A stretch of 64,000 bases of DNA from Candidatus Latescibacterota bacterium (GCA_965248265.1 CBDFJF010000002.1:1728001-1792000); one strand, 5' to 3'; shown: positions 31,751 through 43,177, numbered from the stretch's first letter. Made by a program: numbers and translations. Notes: generated from the sequence alone by a model not told the origin.

Positions 31751-32144
31751 ATTGAGGGCGGTTGTGTTTCATAACGATGGACCAACCTCCCCCGCGCGTC
31801 GCACGACTTAGCATAAAATCTAAAAATAGCCAAAACCCAAAACACAGCTTGTGCTCTCTCGTCTGGGAGGTTTTCCTGTCGCCGTCAGATGCTCGATCTC
31901 CTCCAGGTGCTCTATCCAGCCGAGCAGGTTTCTGAGTGTCAGCGATGACTCCCCCATCCGAGCCAGGTCCGTTTACGCTTCCCAATGGTACGACGGCGGT
32001 GGAAGCACAGAGTTGGGGCCGGATAAAAAGCGTGTTCAGGCGGTAGGAACTATTTATGCTCGGATCCTCACTTTCATCTTGCAAGTCGAGCACCGTGAGG
32101 TAAGTTGTGTGCTCCCAGGACACACTCCCTTGAAGGAATTCGCC

Positions 32145-32480
32145 ATGGCTCAGTCCAGCCCCTCAGCACCGACAAGTTTGTGGTGGGCGCCAGAGACACC
32201 TATCCAATACTCCACAGTGAATGACCTGAGAATTCGCTACATCAAGACCGGGCAGGGGCCGAACCTAGTGCTGTTGCACACCCTTAGGACGCAACTGGAT
32301 ATCTTCCACAAGGTCATTCCCCTGTTGAGCGACTCGTTACCATTCACGCGCTTGACTATCCAGGACACGGCTACTCCGACATTCCCCGCACGGACTACAC
32401 GTCACAGTTCTTCGCCGAATCGGTGGAAGCATTCCTGGAGGATAGAATGATCACAGACGCCAAGGTAGCCGGTGTTTCCG
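32145..32480 (+). pseudogene. Alpha/beta hydrolase fragment, frameshifted and truncated
   Basis: GQGPNLVLLH..., 1-nt loss near 32338, then TIHALDYPGHGYSD...KVAGVS in another frame; homology ends at the nucleophile Ser. Confidence 0.75.
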
Positions 32481-32505
32481 CCGACGAAAAGAGGAGTACA
32501 GATCA

Positions 32506-33276
32506 ATGCTGATGACGAACATTCTGACCCTCCAGGTCCAACCTCGGCAGGGACAGGCCTTCCCGGTCGAGGTGGAGGTGCGACGGATCGGCTGTTCGCG
32601 CCACGCGGCGCGGGACGTAGAGGGAATGAAAGCCAGCATCGCAGAAACCCGCTCGAAAGGTTACGCGATGCATCCGCACGCAGGTGTCTGCTTTCGCAGT
32701 CGTTATCTGCTCACCAATGAAGCCCGCATCGAGGTGCAGGGAGCGCAGACCTCGGGAGAGGTGGAATTCGTCGCCTTACGTCACGGCGGCGAGATCTACA
32801 TATCCGTTGGCAGTGACCATAACGACCGCAGTCTCGGGGATATGACTACGACCATGTTGGGTAAGGTCTACGATACCGCCAAGATGAAGCAACTGGCACC
32901 TGCGGTCGTCGCCTCCAAGGCCTGGTTGTACGACGAAGTCAAAGATCACTGGGACGACATCGTTCTGCGCAGCTACCTAACGGTGGACGGCAAACGGACG
33001 ATGCTCCAGGAATTCCCGTTGAGCAATCTGCTGGATCTGAATTTCTACATGGACAAATGCCCATGGTTTGAGGAGGAGGGGAGTGTACTGTTCGGCGGAT
33101 CGAGTTCACTGGCACCCGGTGTGCCGGGCCACGTCTACCAGGGTCAGGAAACCATGGATGGGGTTTACTTCGCGCCGGACTTCCATTGCGAAATGGTGGA
33201 CCCGGTCCTGGATCGGACTCTGACCCACTCATATGAGGTTCTGGCGCTGGAGGGACCTGGATCCCTAGGTCTGTAG
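32506..33276 (+). CDS. DUF2848-like (FAH-fold) protein
   Basis: TSGEVEFV, VGSDHNDR, HWDDIVLRS, DPVLDRTLTHSY; GAGGAG RBS. Confidence 0.75.
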   Translation: MLMTNILTLQVQPRQGQAFPVEVEVRRIGCSRHAARDVEGMKASIAETRSKGYAMHPHAGVCFRSRYLLTNEARIEVQGAQTSGEVEFVALRHGGEIYISVGSDHNDRSLGDMTTTMLGKVYDTAKMKQLAPAVVASKAWLYDEVKDHWDDIVLRSYLTVDGKRTMLQEFPLSNLLDLNFYMDKCPWFEEEGSVLFGGSSSLAPGVPGHVYQGQETMDGVYFAPDFHCEMVDPVLDRTLTHSYEVLALEGPGSLGL

Positions 33277-33482
33277 GGAGATGCACGCAGCGTTTCGAAC
33301 TCGTGCTGGGGATGGGGGGCCGTGCCGGGGCGCCGGTTGACATCTGAGCATTAGCCGCACACCACTTGACCGGGACTCCCGATAACCCGTTTTATAACCA
33401 CTACACATTGCGCTACATAATGTATGAAGGTATCCAATTGTCGGGGAGGAACAAGATTCAGGTTGAGAGAGTGAGACAAGCG

Positions 33483-36130
33483 ATGAAATGGACATTGGCA
33501 GTGGTAGCATTGTTGATAGTGGGGCGGGCGTGGGCAGAGGGTACGGCGCTTTCACCTACGGCACACCGGACGGTTCCGACGGACCGTCCGAGCGAGAATA
33601 TCGCCCTCGGGGTGAGCTACACTATGGAGCCGAGGCCGAATTACAGGCTTTGCACTGACCCTGGTGATTCCGAGCAACTGACGGATGGGGTCTACACGGA
33701 GGGCTATTTCTGGGCGCAGCTATCGACCGTGGGTTACTCGGAAAAGACACCTTCGATGGTGACCCTGGACCTGGGTGAGGTGAAACCGATACGAGGGGTG
33801 TCCTACCACACGGCGGGGGGGTTTGCGAGCGTGAGGTGGCCGTTGATGATTCGCATCCTCGTGGCAGGTGCGGATAAGGAGTTTCATGAGATTGGTGACT
33901 TGATACAATTGAGCGAGGAACAGCACGGCCCGCTCGCGCCGCTGAAGGCGACCGATGCCATGTGGGCCTTGGACGGCATGAGTTTCAATCAGGCCGAGAT
34001 TTATCATCACTACAACCTGAACCGGGATCGCTACCCGGACGAGATGACCCCCGAGCTGCGTCAGCAGATCCTGAGCGATCTCTACGAGGAACGCGCTGCG
34101 ACCTATGGGACGTATCGCTACTGGACGGACCAGTTGCGGACTCACGGGCGCTATGTCAGCCTGGTTGTGTGGAACGAGCCGTACACCTTCGTGGACGAGA
34201 TCGAGGTCTACGCGGGAGAGCCGGAGTGGGTGGATGAGCCGCTGCCGGGACCGTCCGTCGCGGACGTGAGCACCTATGCACGCCAGCTCGCTATCCAGAA
34301 GGGGATCCGGACCCGCTTGGTGCGGGACATCGAGGCCCTGCGGCAGACGGCCACGGAGGAGGGTATCCCGGTTCAGACACGAATTGATGTGCTGGGCGAG
34401 CTGACATCCGTAGAAGGGAATTTGGGGCAGGCCAGTGCGGCGTTCGGGGATGACTTCGAAGCCGTGCTGCCGCTGAATGCGTGGCACGAACGGGTGCTGC
34501 GCACGCAGGCGTGGCTCTGGCGCGCCAGGGGTATGGAGCCACTCACGTTCTGGCGCTCGAATCTGTGGGATCCGCTTCCCCTCATCGGCACGCCGGACAC
34601 AGCGGCGGAACTGGCCGTCGACGTGCATCTGATGCGGAAGGAACACCGCGCTGCTGCGTTCAATGTGAGCAACAGCAGCGACGAGGCGATGCAGGTGACA
34701 TTCCGGCTGAGCGGGCTGCCCGAAGGCGAGAATCCAGAGTATGTGACCGTTCACGAGGTGGCGTGGACGGACACTCGGTCCGGGACACCGGTGGCGGCGG
34801 CCCTGCCCGAAGTTGCTGCAGAGACCGGTCTGTACACGGTCTCCGTGCCCTCTGGGATGACGCGGCAGGTATGGCTGACCTTCCATCCGGTGGACGTGGA
34901 GCCGGGCACCTATGAGGGCGAGGTCGTCGTGGAGTCTGTGCCCGGGGGCAGGCGGTTTCCGTTGCGCATGCACCTGTATCCCCTGGATTTCCCGGAGCAA
35001 CAGACGCTCCACTTTGGCGGATGGGACTACACGGACCGGATCGGTTCCAGCTCCCGCTTGATAACAGAGCAAAACCGGTTGCCGTTCATCGAGCACGTGC
35101 GCGAACACCTCGTCGACTCGCCGTGGGCCACAAAACTGGCGCTGCCACGCGGCACCCACGATGAGACCGGGGCGATGACGGCGCCACCCGCCACCGGCCA
35201 CTTCGACGCGTGGATCGATCTGTGGCCGGATGCCGCCCAGTACATGGTGTTCGCCAAGGTGGGCAGCAAATTCGAGTCGTGGCAAATGGGTACACCTGAA
35301 TTCAATACCGCAGTCAAGGCGTGGGTGACCTTCTGGGCGCAGTACATGAAGTCAAAGGGATTGCAGCCGGAGCAGTTCGCGCTGCTGCTGGTGGATGAGC
35401 CCGACGAGCCGCATCAGGACGAGCGCATTCTGGCGTGGGCGAAGCCGATCCGCGAAGCGGACACCGGAGTCCGCATCTGGGAGGATGTGAACCATCACAA
35501 TATGGACGACGCGAATCAGGACATGATCGACGCGTGCCACGTGTTGAGCCCGAACTATCATGCCTTCCTGAGACGGGGCGAAGACTATCGCAACTACTTC
35601 TTGAGAAAGCGTGATCAAGGGATAGCGCTCGAATTCTACACGGCGTGGACGGGTCGGGTTTTTGATCCGTACGGGGGCCGGATCATGGCCTGGACGAGCT
35701 GGCGCTACGGGGCGGAGGCCATTTACATGTGGTCGCTGAGCGACACCGCGGGCGCTTCATCGTGGAACGAGTACCTGGCCTTGAAGAGCACCTATGCGCC
35801 ATTGTTCATCGACAGGGACTCGATCACGGCTGGCAAGCACCTCGAGGCAGCACGGGAAGGGATCGAGGACTACGAGTACTTCGCCATGTTGACCGGGCGA
35901 TCCAACAGGCGTCTGCTCAGGGAATGACAGGTCCGGCGGTGGAAGAGGCCCGTCAGCTGTTGGCGAGCCTGCCGGCCAGGGTCTGTGATGCGGCGGGCCA
36001 CACGGATCAGCTGGACGAAGACCACCCGTTGGGCGGCCTTCACTGGCTGAACGAGAACGTCGACCGCACTCTGGCGGACGAGGCGCGAATTCAGGTGTTG
36101 GCGGCGTTGACGAAGCTGGCGCTGCACTGA
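33483..36130 (+). CDS. Large secreted DUF4091/glycoside-hydrolase-like protein with apparent 1-nt frameshift near 35890
   Basis: Signal peptide MKWTLAVVALL, discoidin-like N-terminus (VTLDLG, FVDEIEV), LVDEP, REGIEDYEY; the C-terminal helix continues in the frame of ORF 35729-36130. Confidence 0.75.
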
Positions 36131-36201
36131 TCAGGCGCTTCACCTTGGTTGACCTATGTTCGACCGGGCGGATGGCCGACTGACTCCCGCTACTCTCACC
36201 T

Positions 36202-36798
36202 TCACTCGGGCCTTTGTATATGAAAAACATGATCGACGACGGTGTAGCCGTCCGCACGGCCCATCCTCGCGATCGGCCGATAGGCAACCCAGTCGACCAT
36301 ACCATCCACGATATATCGGTCATCGATGTGGTAACCCAACACCTCTCCGATCACCATCGTATTGTGATCTCCTGCGAGTGTCACAATCTGACTTAGACGG
36401 CACTCCAATCTGATGGGAGATATCTCGATGCCCGGTGGCGCAACCAGTGTCGATGCCACTTTTTTGAGCCCCGCCAACTCCATCTCATCGACTTCGCGAT
36501 CGACCGTCGCACTCGTCGCGTTCATCGACTCCCTGCTCTCGTAGGTCGGGAAATTGACGACGAACTCGCCCGTCCCTCGAACATTCGCCACTGAGTCGGC
36601 CTCCCTGCAGTTCTTCAATCCGGTGGCGGCGAAGAACAGCTGGGCCGGCTTGTAGGCCACTGCTCCGGAGAAGCTGTAGGGTGCTGCATTGGCGATCCCG
36701 CGCTCGTCCTGCGACGTAATCCAGAAAATGGACCTGGGAACATCGCAGCTGTTGATCAACCCATGTGGGAGATCGGTCTGGTCTGATCTGTAGAACAT
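36202..36798 (-). CDS. Flavin reductase family protein (DIM6/NTAB)
   Basis: PRSIFWITS, NAAPYSF, TGEFVVN, LECRL, MVIGEV. Confidence 0.9.
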   Translation of the reverse strand: MFYRSDQTDLPHGLINSCDVPRSIFWITSQDERGIANAAPYSFSGAVAYKPAQLFFAATGLKNCREADSVANVRGTGEFVVNFPTYESRESMNATSATVDREVDEMELAGLKKVASTLVAPPGIEISPIRLECRLSQIVTLAGDHNTMVIGEVLGYHIDDRYIVDGMVDWVAYRPIARMGRADGYTVVDHVFHIQRPE

Positions 36799-36813
36799 AG
36801 GGACCCCGGTGTT

Positions 36814-37119
36814 CTAGTCGCTGCCGAGTTTGGTCTCGACGCTGCTGACCTTGTCCGCCATCGTCTGCTCTCTATCAGTGCGCGTGCCGAACCTGAGAGT
36901 CGCCGAGATCCTGGGAGCGCCCATGCGGTGAATCTCCTCGTGGCAACTTCTGATGGCGGCGAAGACCTCGTCCCATTCACCTTCGATGTTGGTTCCATAG
37001 GCGTGCAATTGAGGATTGAGTCCGGCGTCTTCGAGGATACGTTCGCAAGCTGCCACGTACTCCGACACCGAGACCCCAACACCCAGCGGCACGACGCAGA
37101 AGTCGGCGATCACCTTCAT
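36814..37119 (-). CDS. MTH1187/UPF0045 thiamine-binding protein
   Basis: MKVIADFCVVPLG..SVSEYVA..LHAYGTNIEGEWDEV..RTDR; ATGA overlap with the upstream gene. Confidence 0.9.
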   Translation of the reverse strand: MKVIADFCVVPLGVGVSVSEYVAACERILEDAGLNPQLHAYGTNIEGEWDEVFAAIRSCHEEIHRMGAPRISATLRFGTRTDREQTMADKVSSVETKLGSD

Positions 37120-37616
37120 AGGGGTCCTCCAGCCTCTTCGATTATTCGAGCAGCCAGCGTGTCGACACCGGTGCCGTCGATTTGCACCGCATCGTCGCCT
37201 TTGCGTAAGGTGATAGATTCTCCGTCTCTGTGCTCGAGTTTGTTCAGCAAATCGCTGGCGACGTAAATCGGCGCCTGCATGCGCACGGCCAGGCACATGG
37301 CATCGCTGGGACGACAGTCGATTTGACGCACTCCGTCCGTTTGTGCGATGTAGAGGATGGCGTAGAACGTATCGTCTACTAGTCGCTCGATTCTGACCTC
37401 TCTCAAGGTGCCACCCAACTCACGCACGATGAGGGCCATCAGATCGTGAGAAAGCGGCCGCATGACGGGGATGTCTCTGAGACCGCAGATGAGAGCGTAG
37501 CCTTCGGCCGGGCCGATGGCGATCGGCACGAAGCGATCGGACTCACCATCCAGCAGGACGACCATGCAGCGGTCACCGGCAGTCTCAACGATGTCGAAGA
37601 TGGAGACCTCCTTCAT
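37116..37616 (-). CDS. Bifunctional nuclease family protein (DUF151)
   Basis: PIAIGPAE, RPLSHDL, DCRPSDA. Confidence 0.92.
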   Translation of the reverse strand: MKEVSIFDIVETAGDRCMVVLLDGESDRFVPIAIGPAEGYALICGLRDIPVMRPLSHDLMALIVRELGGTLREVRIERLVDDTFYAILYIAQTDGVRQIDCRPSDAMCLAVRMQAPIYVASDLLNKLEHRDGESITLRKGDDAVQIDGTGVDTLAARIIEEAGGPL

Positions 37617-38623
37617 GGGGTGTCCGCTTCTCGACCCCGAGCAGGGTACTGCGGGTCGTTGTAGCCTTTACCAGTATGCTCACCACGGGGAACCAGGGCG
37701 TCGATGGCGGCCTCGTCCTCTTCGGTGATATTCGCGTCAAGCGCTCCGAGATTATCCTCGAGCTGCTCCATGATTCGCGGCCCTATGATGGTGGAGGTGA
37801 CGAACGGGTTGGCGAGGACCCAGGCCAGCGAGAACTGTGTCAGCGTGGCGCCGTGAGCCTCGGCCAGCGGCCTGATCGACGGAACGATGGCCAGGCTTTC
37901 ATCGCGATACTCGGCTTCCTGGATACGGCGGTCGCCGCGCCCGGCGCGTGAGTCATCCGGCGGTGCCTGGCCCGGTGTGTACTTGCCTGCCAGCACACCT
38001 CTGGCGAGCGGGCTGTAGGTAACGACGCCCAGCTCGTGCTTGCGGCACAACGGCAGCAATTCCAGTTCAGCATCGCGGTTGAGGATGTTGTAGAGCGGCT
38101 GCACGGCGACGTAAGGCGTGAGGCCGAGTTGCTGACTCACCCACAACGCCTCGCAGACCTGCCAGGCGTAGTGGTTGGAACAGGCGGTGTAGCGGATCTT
38201 GCCGGCGCGGACGCAATCGTCGAGTACGCCCAGCGTCTCGTCGACCGGGGTGTCGTAGTCGGGGACGTGGATGTAGTAGAGGTCGATGTAGTCGGTCCCG
38301 AGCCGAGAAAGACTCGCATCCAAAGCCTGGACGATGTGGGCACGGCTCGCGCCCTTATCGTTCGGTCCATCTCCGGTGGGCCCGCCCACCTTGGTTGCCA
38401 GAACCACCTGGTCTCGCCTGCCCTGGAGTGCGTGGCCGACGACCCGCTCGGATTCTCCCGCATTGTAGACGTTGGCCGTGTCTATGAAGTTGATGCCGGC
38501 ATCCAGGGCTCGATGGATGATGCGGATCGAGTCCTCTTCGTTTGTCGGGCCGCCGAACATCATAGCGCCGAGGCACAGCGGCGATACCTTGAGGCCGCTG
38601 CCGCCGAGATTGCGGTATTCCAT
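37613..38623 (-). CDS. Aldo/keto reductase
   Basis: GINFIDTANVY, VLATK, DYIDLYYIH, YSPLARG. Confidence 0.95.
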   Translation of the reverse strand: MEYRNLGGSGLKVSPLCLGAMMFGGPTNEEDSIRIIHRALDAGINFIDTANVYNAGESERVVGHALQGRRDQVVLATKVGGPTGDGPNDKGASRAHIVQALDASLSRLGTDYIDLYYIHVPDYDTPVDETLGVLDDCVRAGKIRYTACSNHYAWQVCEALWVSQQLGLTPYVAVQPLYNILNRDAELELLPLCRKHELGVVTYSPLARGVLAGKYTPGQAPPDDSRAGRGDRRIQEAEYRDESLAIVPSIRPLAEAHGATLTQFSLAWVLANPFVTSTIIGPRIMEQLEDNLGALDANITEEDEAAIDALVPRGEHTGKGYNDPQYPARGREADTP

Positions 38624-38878
38624 TCTGTCTACTGTATCCGTTTAAGATTGGTTGGGTCCAGGCACTCGTGGGCAGTCGTCGCCAACCCGGGGAAGATACC
38701 GTCAGTGTCGCCGGCGGTCTATTGGCGAACCCAGACTTCCCGGTCAAATCCTTCGGCCTCTGCTGCGTGTGTCGCCGGATGCACCTACCCATATTTCCGG
38801 CGTCATGTATATTTAGGTCCTCAAGAATGACCACGCGGTTCAGACAGCCAATCCAAAATTCGACTGCTATAAGGGACA

Positions 38879-39946
38879 ATGATGCTCAAGATCATATTCG
38901 TGTCCGCGCTTCTGCTCTGTCTCAACCTGTCAGCGACGGCCATCGACGGAGACAACATAACGCTGAATGGTTACACGAGCTTTGAATTCGAGAAGCAGTT
39001 GGATGATGAGGGCAAAGGGTTCGGGGACCCAAATTTCTCGTTTGATGCTGACCTTTTCGACCTGGTCTTCAATATCCAGGTGGACGACAGGATTCGCGCC
39101 GCCACCGATATCACTTGGGAACACGGAGCTGCGTCTGAGGATGACCGCGGAAATGTGGCGCTCGAATACGGATTTGTAGAGTACACCGTCAACGATCTCG
39201 TTAAACTGCGCTTCGGCAAGATGTTCACGCCGTTCGGAATCTTCAACGAGATACACACCGCAAAGCCCGCCTTCCTGTCCGTCAAGGAGGCCGCTGGCAC
39301 CAACAAGACGGAGCGGATTGTCAAGGATGCATACAGGTTCTTCCCGAGATGGGGAACCGGCATAGGTCTTCACGGCGATGGCCTGGTCGGAGATGGCTTC
39401 GTCGACTACGACATTCTCATCGCAAACGGTGAGCAGGAGGAGACGAACCCGTTCGAGGAGGATAACAACAAAGCAAAATCAATCACCGCGAGAGTCGGGT
39501 ACGATCCATCACCGAGCATCCATTTTGGAAACTCTCTCTACTTCGACACGTTGTCTGGACCAGAGTACGACTACATAGTGAGCGAAGGAATTGAAATAGA
39601 ATACGATCGCGAGGCTCTGCGAGTCGTGGCTGAGGTCGTGCTGGGATTCAGGAAGCCGGATGCTGCCGCTGTGGTGAAACAGCTGGGCTGGTTTGTTCAG
39701 CCCTCTTACGAGATTTCCGCTGGAGTCACGCCATACCTGCGACTGGATTACGTGGACCCCAATCTCAGTTCGGGTAGTGACCACGGGATGGGAGTCGTAC
39801 TCGGACTCAATTTGGAAACGAGTGGGGGACTGATCGTAAAAGTGGAGGAGAATTATCTGAAAGGCGCGGACAACAGTGCCGGCCTCAGCATCCTGCCAGG
39901 CCGCGACTACCACGAGATCAAGGTCGCAGTCGTTCTGGGATTCTAA
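38879..39946 (+). CDS. Outer-membrane porin-like beta-barrel
   Basis: Signal peptide, LEYGFVEY, LRFGKMFTPFG, C-terminal VAVVLGF. Confidence 0.8.
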   Translation: MMLKIIFVSALLLCLNLSATAIDGDNITLNGYTSFEFEKQLDDEGKGFGDPNFSFDADLFDLVFNIQVDDRIRAATDITWEHGAASEDDRGNVALEYGFVEYTVNDLVKLRFGKMFTPFGIFNEIHTAKPAFLSVKEAAGTNKTERIVKDAYRFFPRWGTGIGLHGDGLVGDGFVDYDILIANGEQEETNPFEEDNNKAKSITARVGYDPSPSIHFGNSLYFDTLSGPEYDYIVSEGIEIEYDREALRVVAEVVLGFRKPDAAAVVKQLGWFVQPSYEISAGVTPYLRLDYVDPNLSSGSDHGMGVVLGLNLETSGGLIVKVEENYLKGADNSAGLSILPGRDYHEIKVAVVLGF

Positions 39947-39959
39947 GGAGAGAGAAAAC

Positions 39960-40409
39960 ATGAGACACCGAAGTTTTCTACTCCTCCTCTGCGCCGCCGT
40001 CCTCGTGCTCCCCACACGCGGGGATGCGGCGGCCCCGACAGTCTTCACGGGGAAGGTTGTCATACATGCCGAAAACGACGTACGCGCAATCAAGCGTTCA
40101 GAGTTGGCCGCCATCTTTCTCGGGAGGAAGTCCACCTGGGATTCCGGCAAGAAAATCATCCCCACACTGCAATCCGAAAAGAATCCGGTGACACGGGACT
40201 TTCTACGTGACGTCCTGGGCAAGTCCCTCAGTCAGTATCGCGCCTACTGGAAACGACGGCTGTTTTCAGGTGGCGGTACCGTACCAAAACCGATGCGGAC
40301 GTCCGCAGAGGTGATAGCATTTGTCGCCAGCCATCATGGGGCAATCGGATTCGTGGAAGAATCAACGGAAATGAACGACAAGATAGTTGCGGTAGAGATC
40401 AGCGATTAA
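39960..40409 (+). CDS. Small periplasmic binding protein (single-lobe PstS-like)
   Basis: Signal peptide, ELAAIFLG, YWKRRLFSG, VIAFVASHHGAIGFV. Confidence 0.8.
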   Translation: MRHRSFLLLLCAAVLVLPTRGDAAAPTVFTGKVVIHAENDVRAIKRSELAAIFLGRKSTWDSGKKIIPTLQSEKNPVTRDFLRDVLGKSLSQYRAYWKRRLFSGGGTVPKPMRTSAEVIAFVASHHGAIGFVEESTEMNDKIVAVEISD

Positions 40410-40412
40410 CTC

Positions 40413-43109
40413 ATGGCTCACATCTCTCTCAAGACAAAGTTCGGTTTTGTGCTGGCTGCGACTGCACTCGCTCTCGGCCTCATCATGTACATGAACTTTG
40501 AGACCTCCGACACCGTCGCTTCACAACTCGAGCAGGTAAAAGAGGAGTCTGTACCAAGGTTCGTGGAAGCCAGCGCCCTGGAAGCGAGATTCGACGCCAT
40601 GGCGAGACTCATAGAGGACGCCGTCGTCATCGGGGACCCCGCGCTTCTCGACGCAAGCGATGCACAGAAGGTGTTGTTTGTCGAGCACCTCAGGCGGCTG
40701 CTGTCGCTGGCTACCGAAACGGAACAATCAGCGCTTCTAGAGCTCGAGAGGGATCTCGATCAGTACCATACCAAGGCTGGCGAACTGGCCCAGCTGCTGC
40801 TCGCGGGCGAAGAGGAGGGCGAAGGACTCGGTTTCCTGAGTGCCGGTGAAACATCACAACTCGCGGAAACCGTCGGTGAATTGAGAGAGGATCTCGAGAC
40901 GCGACTGGACGCTTTAGCCCAAACCAGAAAGGCTGATCTGGATCTAGAACTGAAGAAGACGGAGGAGGAGGTCCGGGCTCGCGTACAAACCACCTTGCTG
41001 GTTGGCCTTTTGTTTCTTGCCGTGTTTGCAGTCGTTTTTCTGCTTCTCACCAGCAGGATCGTGTCACCGATCCGGATATTGTCGAGCGCTACTGCGGAAG
41101 TCGCCAAGGGCCATCTGGACACAGAGCTACATTTCCCTTCGACGAGTCGTGACGAGGTCGGCGATCTGGTCGAGTCCTTTCAAACAATGACGAAGAGCCT
41201 GAAAGAGACGACAGTTTCGCGCGATTATGTGGACAACATTATCAAGTCGATGGGAAATTCTCTCATCGTCCTCGATAGTGGCGCCACCATCCAAATGGTA
41301 AACCAGACGACTATCCAGCTACTCGGTCTCGAAAACGACGAGCTTGTCGGACGGCCATTTCAGGGGATTCTCGCCCCGGGTTCTACACTGGTTGAATCGG
41401 AAATCAAGCATCTGGCAGGAGACGAGATCACCGCCAATCTGGAGGAGATCTTCGTGGATAAGCGCGGCCAGCAGGTCCCGGTCTCCATCGTCGCGGCGGC
41501 ACTCAGGAGCGTCGGTAGTGACGTCGAAGGGTATGTGTGTGTTGCCCAGGATCTGACAGAGCGCAAGCAGAGAGAGGAAGAGCTGCGGCGAGCGAAGGAC
41601 TCGGCGGAGCAAGCCAATCGCGCCAAGAGTTCCTTCCTGGCAAATATGAGCCACGAACTGCGCACGCCGCTGAACGCGATCATAGGCTACAGCGAGATGC
41701 TGCAGGAAGATGCACAAGATGAAGGATTCGATGCGTTCGTGCCCGATCTGGAGAAGATAAACGGATCGGGCAAGCATCTGCTCGTTCTCATCAACGACGT
41801 TCTGGACTTGTCAAAAATCGAGGCCGGGCGAATGGAACTCTACATCGAACAGTTCAACATTCGTCCGTTGGTAGAGGATGTTGCCGCAACGGTGAGGCCG
41901 CTGGTGGAGCAGAACAAGAGCATCCTGGAACTGAAGATAGGCGAGGTGGGGCAGATGGCGACGGATCAGACGAAGCTGAGGCAGAACCTGATGAACCTGC
42001 TGTCGAACGCCGCCAAATTCACCTCCCGGGGTAGAGTCAGCGTCGAGGTCGACGCAGAGTTGGTGGCTGGAAAAACGTGGATCGTTTTCCAGGTCGCCGA
42101 TACGGGAGTCGGCATGACCCAGGAGCAGCAGGAGAAAGTCTTCGAGGCTTTCACACAGGCGGACCTATCGACGACGCGGAAATATGGGGGGACGGGACTG
42201 GGGTTGGCGATCACCCAACATTTCTGTCGGATGATGGAAGGTGAGATCCTTCTAGAGAGCGAGGCGGGAAAGGGGTCTACCTTCACGATGCGTCTGCCGG
42301 CAAAGGTCGGGCCGGTTTCAGGGGGTCTATCATCCACGGTGGAGCATAGTGAGGTGACCGTTGACGACGGTGAGGTGATACTCGTCATCGATGACGATGA
42401 GGCCGCAAGGGACATCGTCCTTCGCTACCTGACAAAAGAGGGATTCGACGCCATCACCGCGAATGGCGGACTCGAAGGTCTGGAGAAGGCGAGACAACTT
42501 CGGCCGGCGGCGATCACACTCGATGTCTCCATGCCGGATATGGATGGCTGGACCGTTCTGCAGGAGCTCAAGAAGGATGAGGACCTCGCCCAGGTTCCCG
42601 TAATACTGCTGACGATGGTCGACGATCACAGCAGAGGGTACGCGCTGGGAGCAGCGGACTACCTCGACAAACCCATAGACCGCGACCAACTGATCTCAGC
42701 GCTGCGCCGCCACGTGCCTGAAATGTCGGCTCGCATCATGGTTGTGGAAGACGATGCCAACACCAGGGCGATGATGAAACGGGTGCTGGAGAAGGAGGGC
42801 TGGCAGGTGGCTGAGGCAGAGAACGGGCGGGCGGCCATTGACAGTATCGCTCGTGAGCTTCCCGATCTGATCCTGCTGGACCTGATGATGCCGGAACTCG
42901 ACGGCTTTGACGTCGTCGAGGAACTTCAAAAGCACGCGGATTGGCGGGATATCCCCGTCGTCGTGGTAACGGCCAAGCAGTTGAGTTCGCGGGAGCGAGA
43001 ACGACTTGACGGACGTGTGGATGGCGTGCTCGAAAAAGGCTCGTACAGCCAGGCGCAGTTGCTCGAGTTCGTCAGCGGTTCGTTGAAGCGATCCGTCGTC
43101 GCCAGCTGA
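40413..43109 (+). CDS. Hybrid sensor histidine kinase (periplasmic sensor-HAMP-PAS-HisKA-HATPase-REC-REC)
   Basis: Two TM helices, DEVGDL, FLANMSHELRTPLN, GGTGLGL, two receiver domains. Confidence 0.95.
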   Translation: MAHISLKTKFGFVLAATALALGLIMYMNFETSDTVASQLEQVKEESVPRFVEASALEARFDAMARLIEDAVVIGDPALLDASDAQKVLFVEHLRRLLSLATETEQSALLELERDLDQYHTKAGELAQLLLAGEEEGEGLGFLSAGETSQLAETVGELREDLETRLDALAQTRKADLDLELKKTEEEVRARVQTTLLVGLLFLAVFAVVFLLLTSRIVSPIRILSSATAEVAKGHLDTELHFPSTSRDEVGDLVESFQTMTKSLKETTVSRDYVDNIIKSMGNSLIVLDSGATIQMVNQTTIQLLGLENDELVGRPFQGILAPGSTLVESEIKHLAGDEITANLEEIFVDKRGQQVPVSIVAAALRSVGSDVEGYVCVAQDLTERKQREEELRRAKDSAEQANRAKSSFLANMSHELRTPLNAIIGYSEMLQEDAQDEGFDAFVPDLEKINGSGKHLLVLINDVLDLSKIEAGRMELYIEQFNIRPLVEDVAATVRPLVEQNKSILELKIGEVGQMATDQTKLRQNLMNLLSNAAKFTSRGRVSVEVDAELVAGKTWIVFQVADTGVGMTQEQQEKVFEAFTQADLSTTRKYGGTGLGLAITQHFCRMMEGEILLESEAGKGSTFTMRLPAKVGPVSGGLSSTVEHSEVTVDDGEVILVIDDDEAARDIVLRYLTKEGFDAITANGGLEGLEKARQLRPAAITLDVSMPDMDGWTVLQELKKDEDLAQVPVILLTMVDDHSRGYALGAADYLDKPIDRDQLISALRRHVPEMSARIMVVEDDANTRAMMKRVLEKEGWQVAEAENGRAAIDSIARELPDLILLDLMMPELDGFDVVEELQKHADWRDIPVVVVTAKQLSSRERERLDGRVDGVLEKGSYSQAQLLEFVSGSLKRSVVAS

Positions 43110-43177
43110 ATCAGCCGGCTGGGTGGGGTGCGCGCCGCCAAGGCGACTCACACCATCTAGTCGTCGCCTCTCGGTTG

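Noticed and set aside
33408-33430. dif-like sequence (CATAATGTAT)
   Set aside because: Only the central part matches; the XerD arm TTATGTTAAA is absent
33720-35285. 521-aa minus-strand ORF
   Set aside because: Antisense shadow of the real plus-strand gene in GC-rich DNA; no motifs
36814-37119. Thiamine-binding protein as target of the TPP-like RNA
   Set aside because: Opposite strand, 5.5 kb away, inside a different operon
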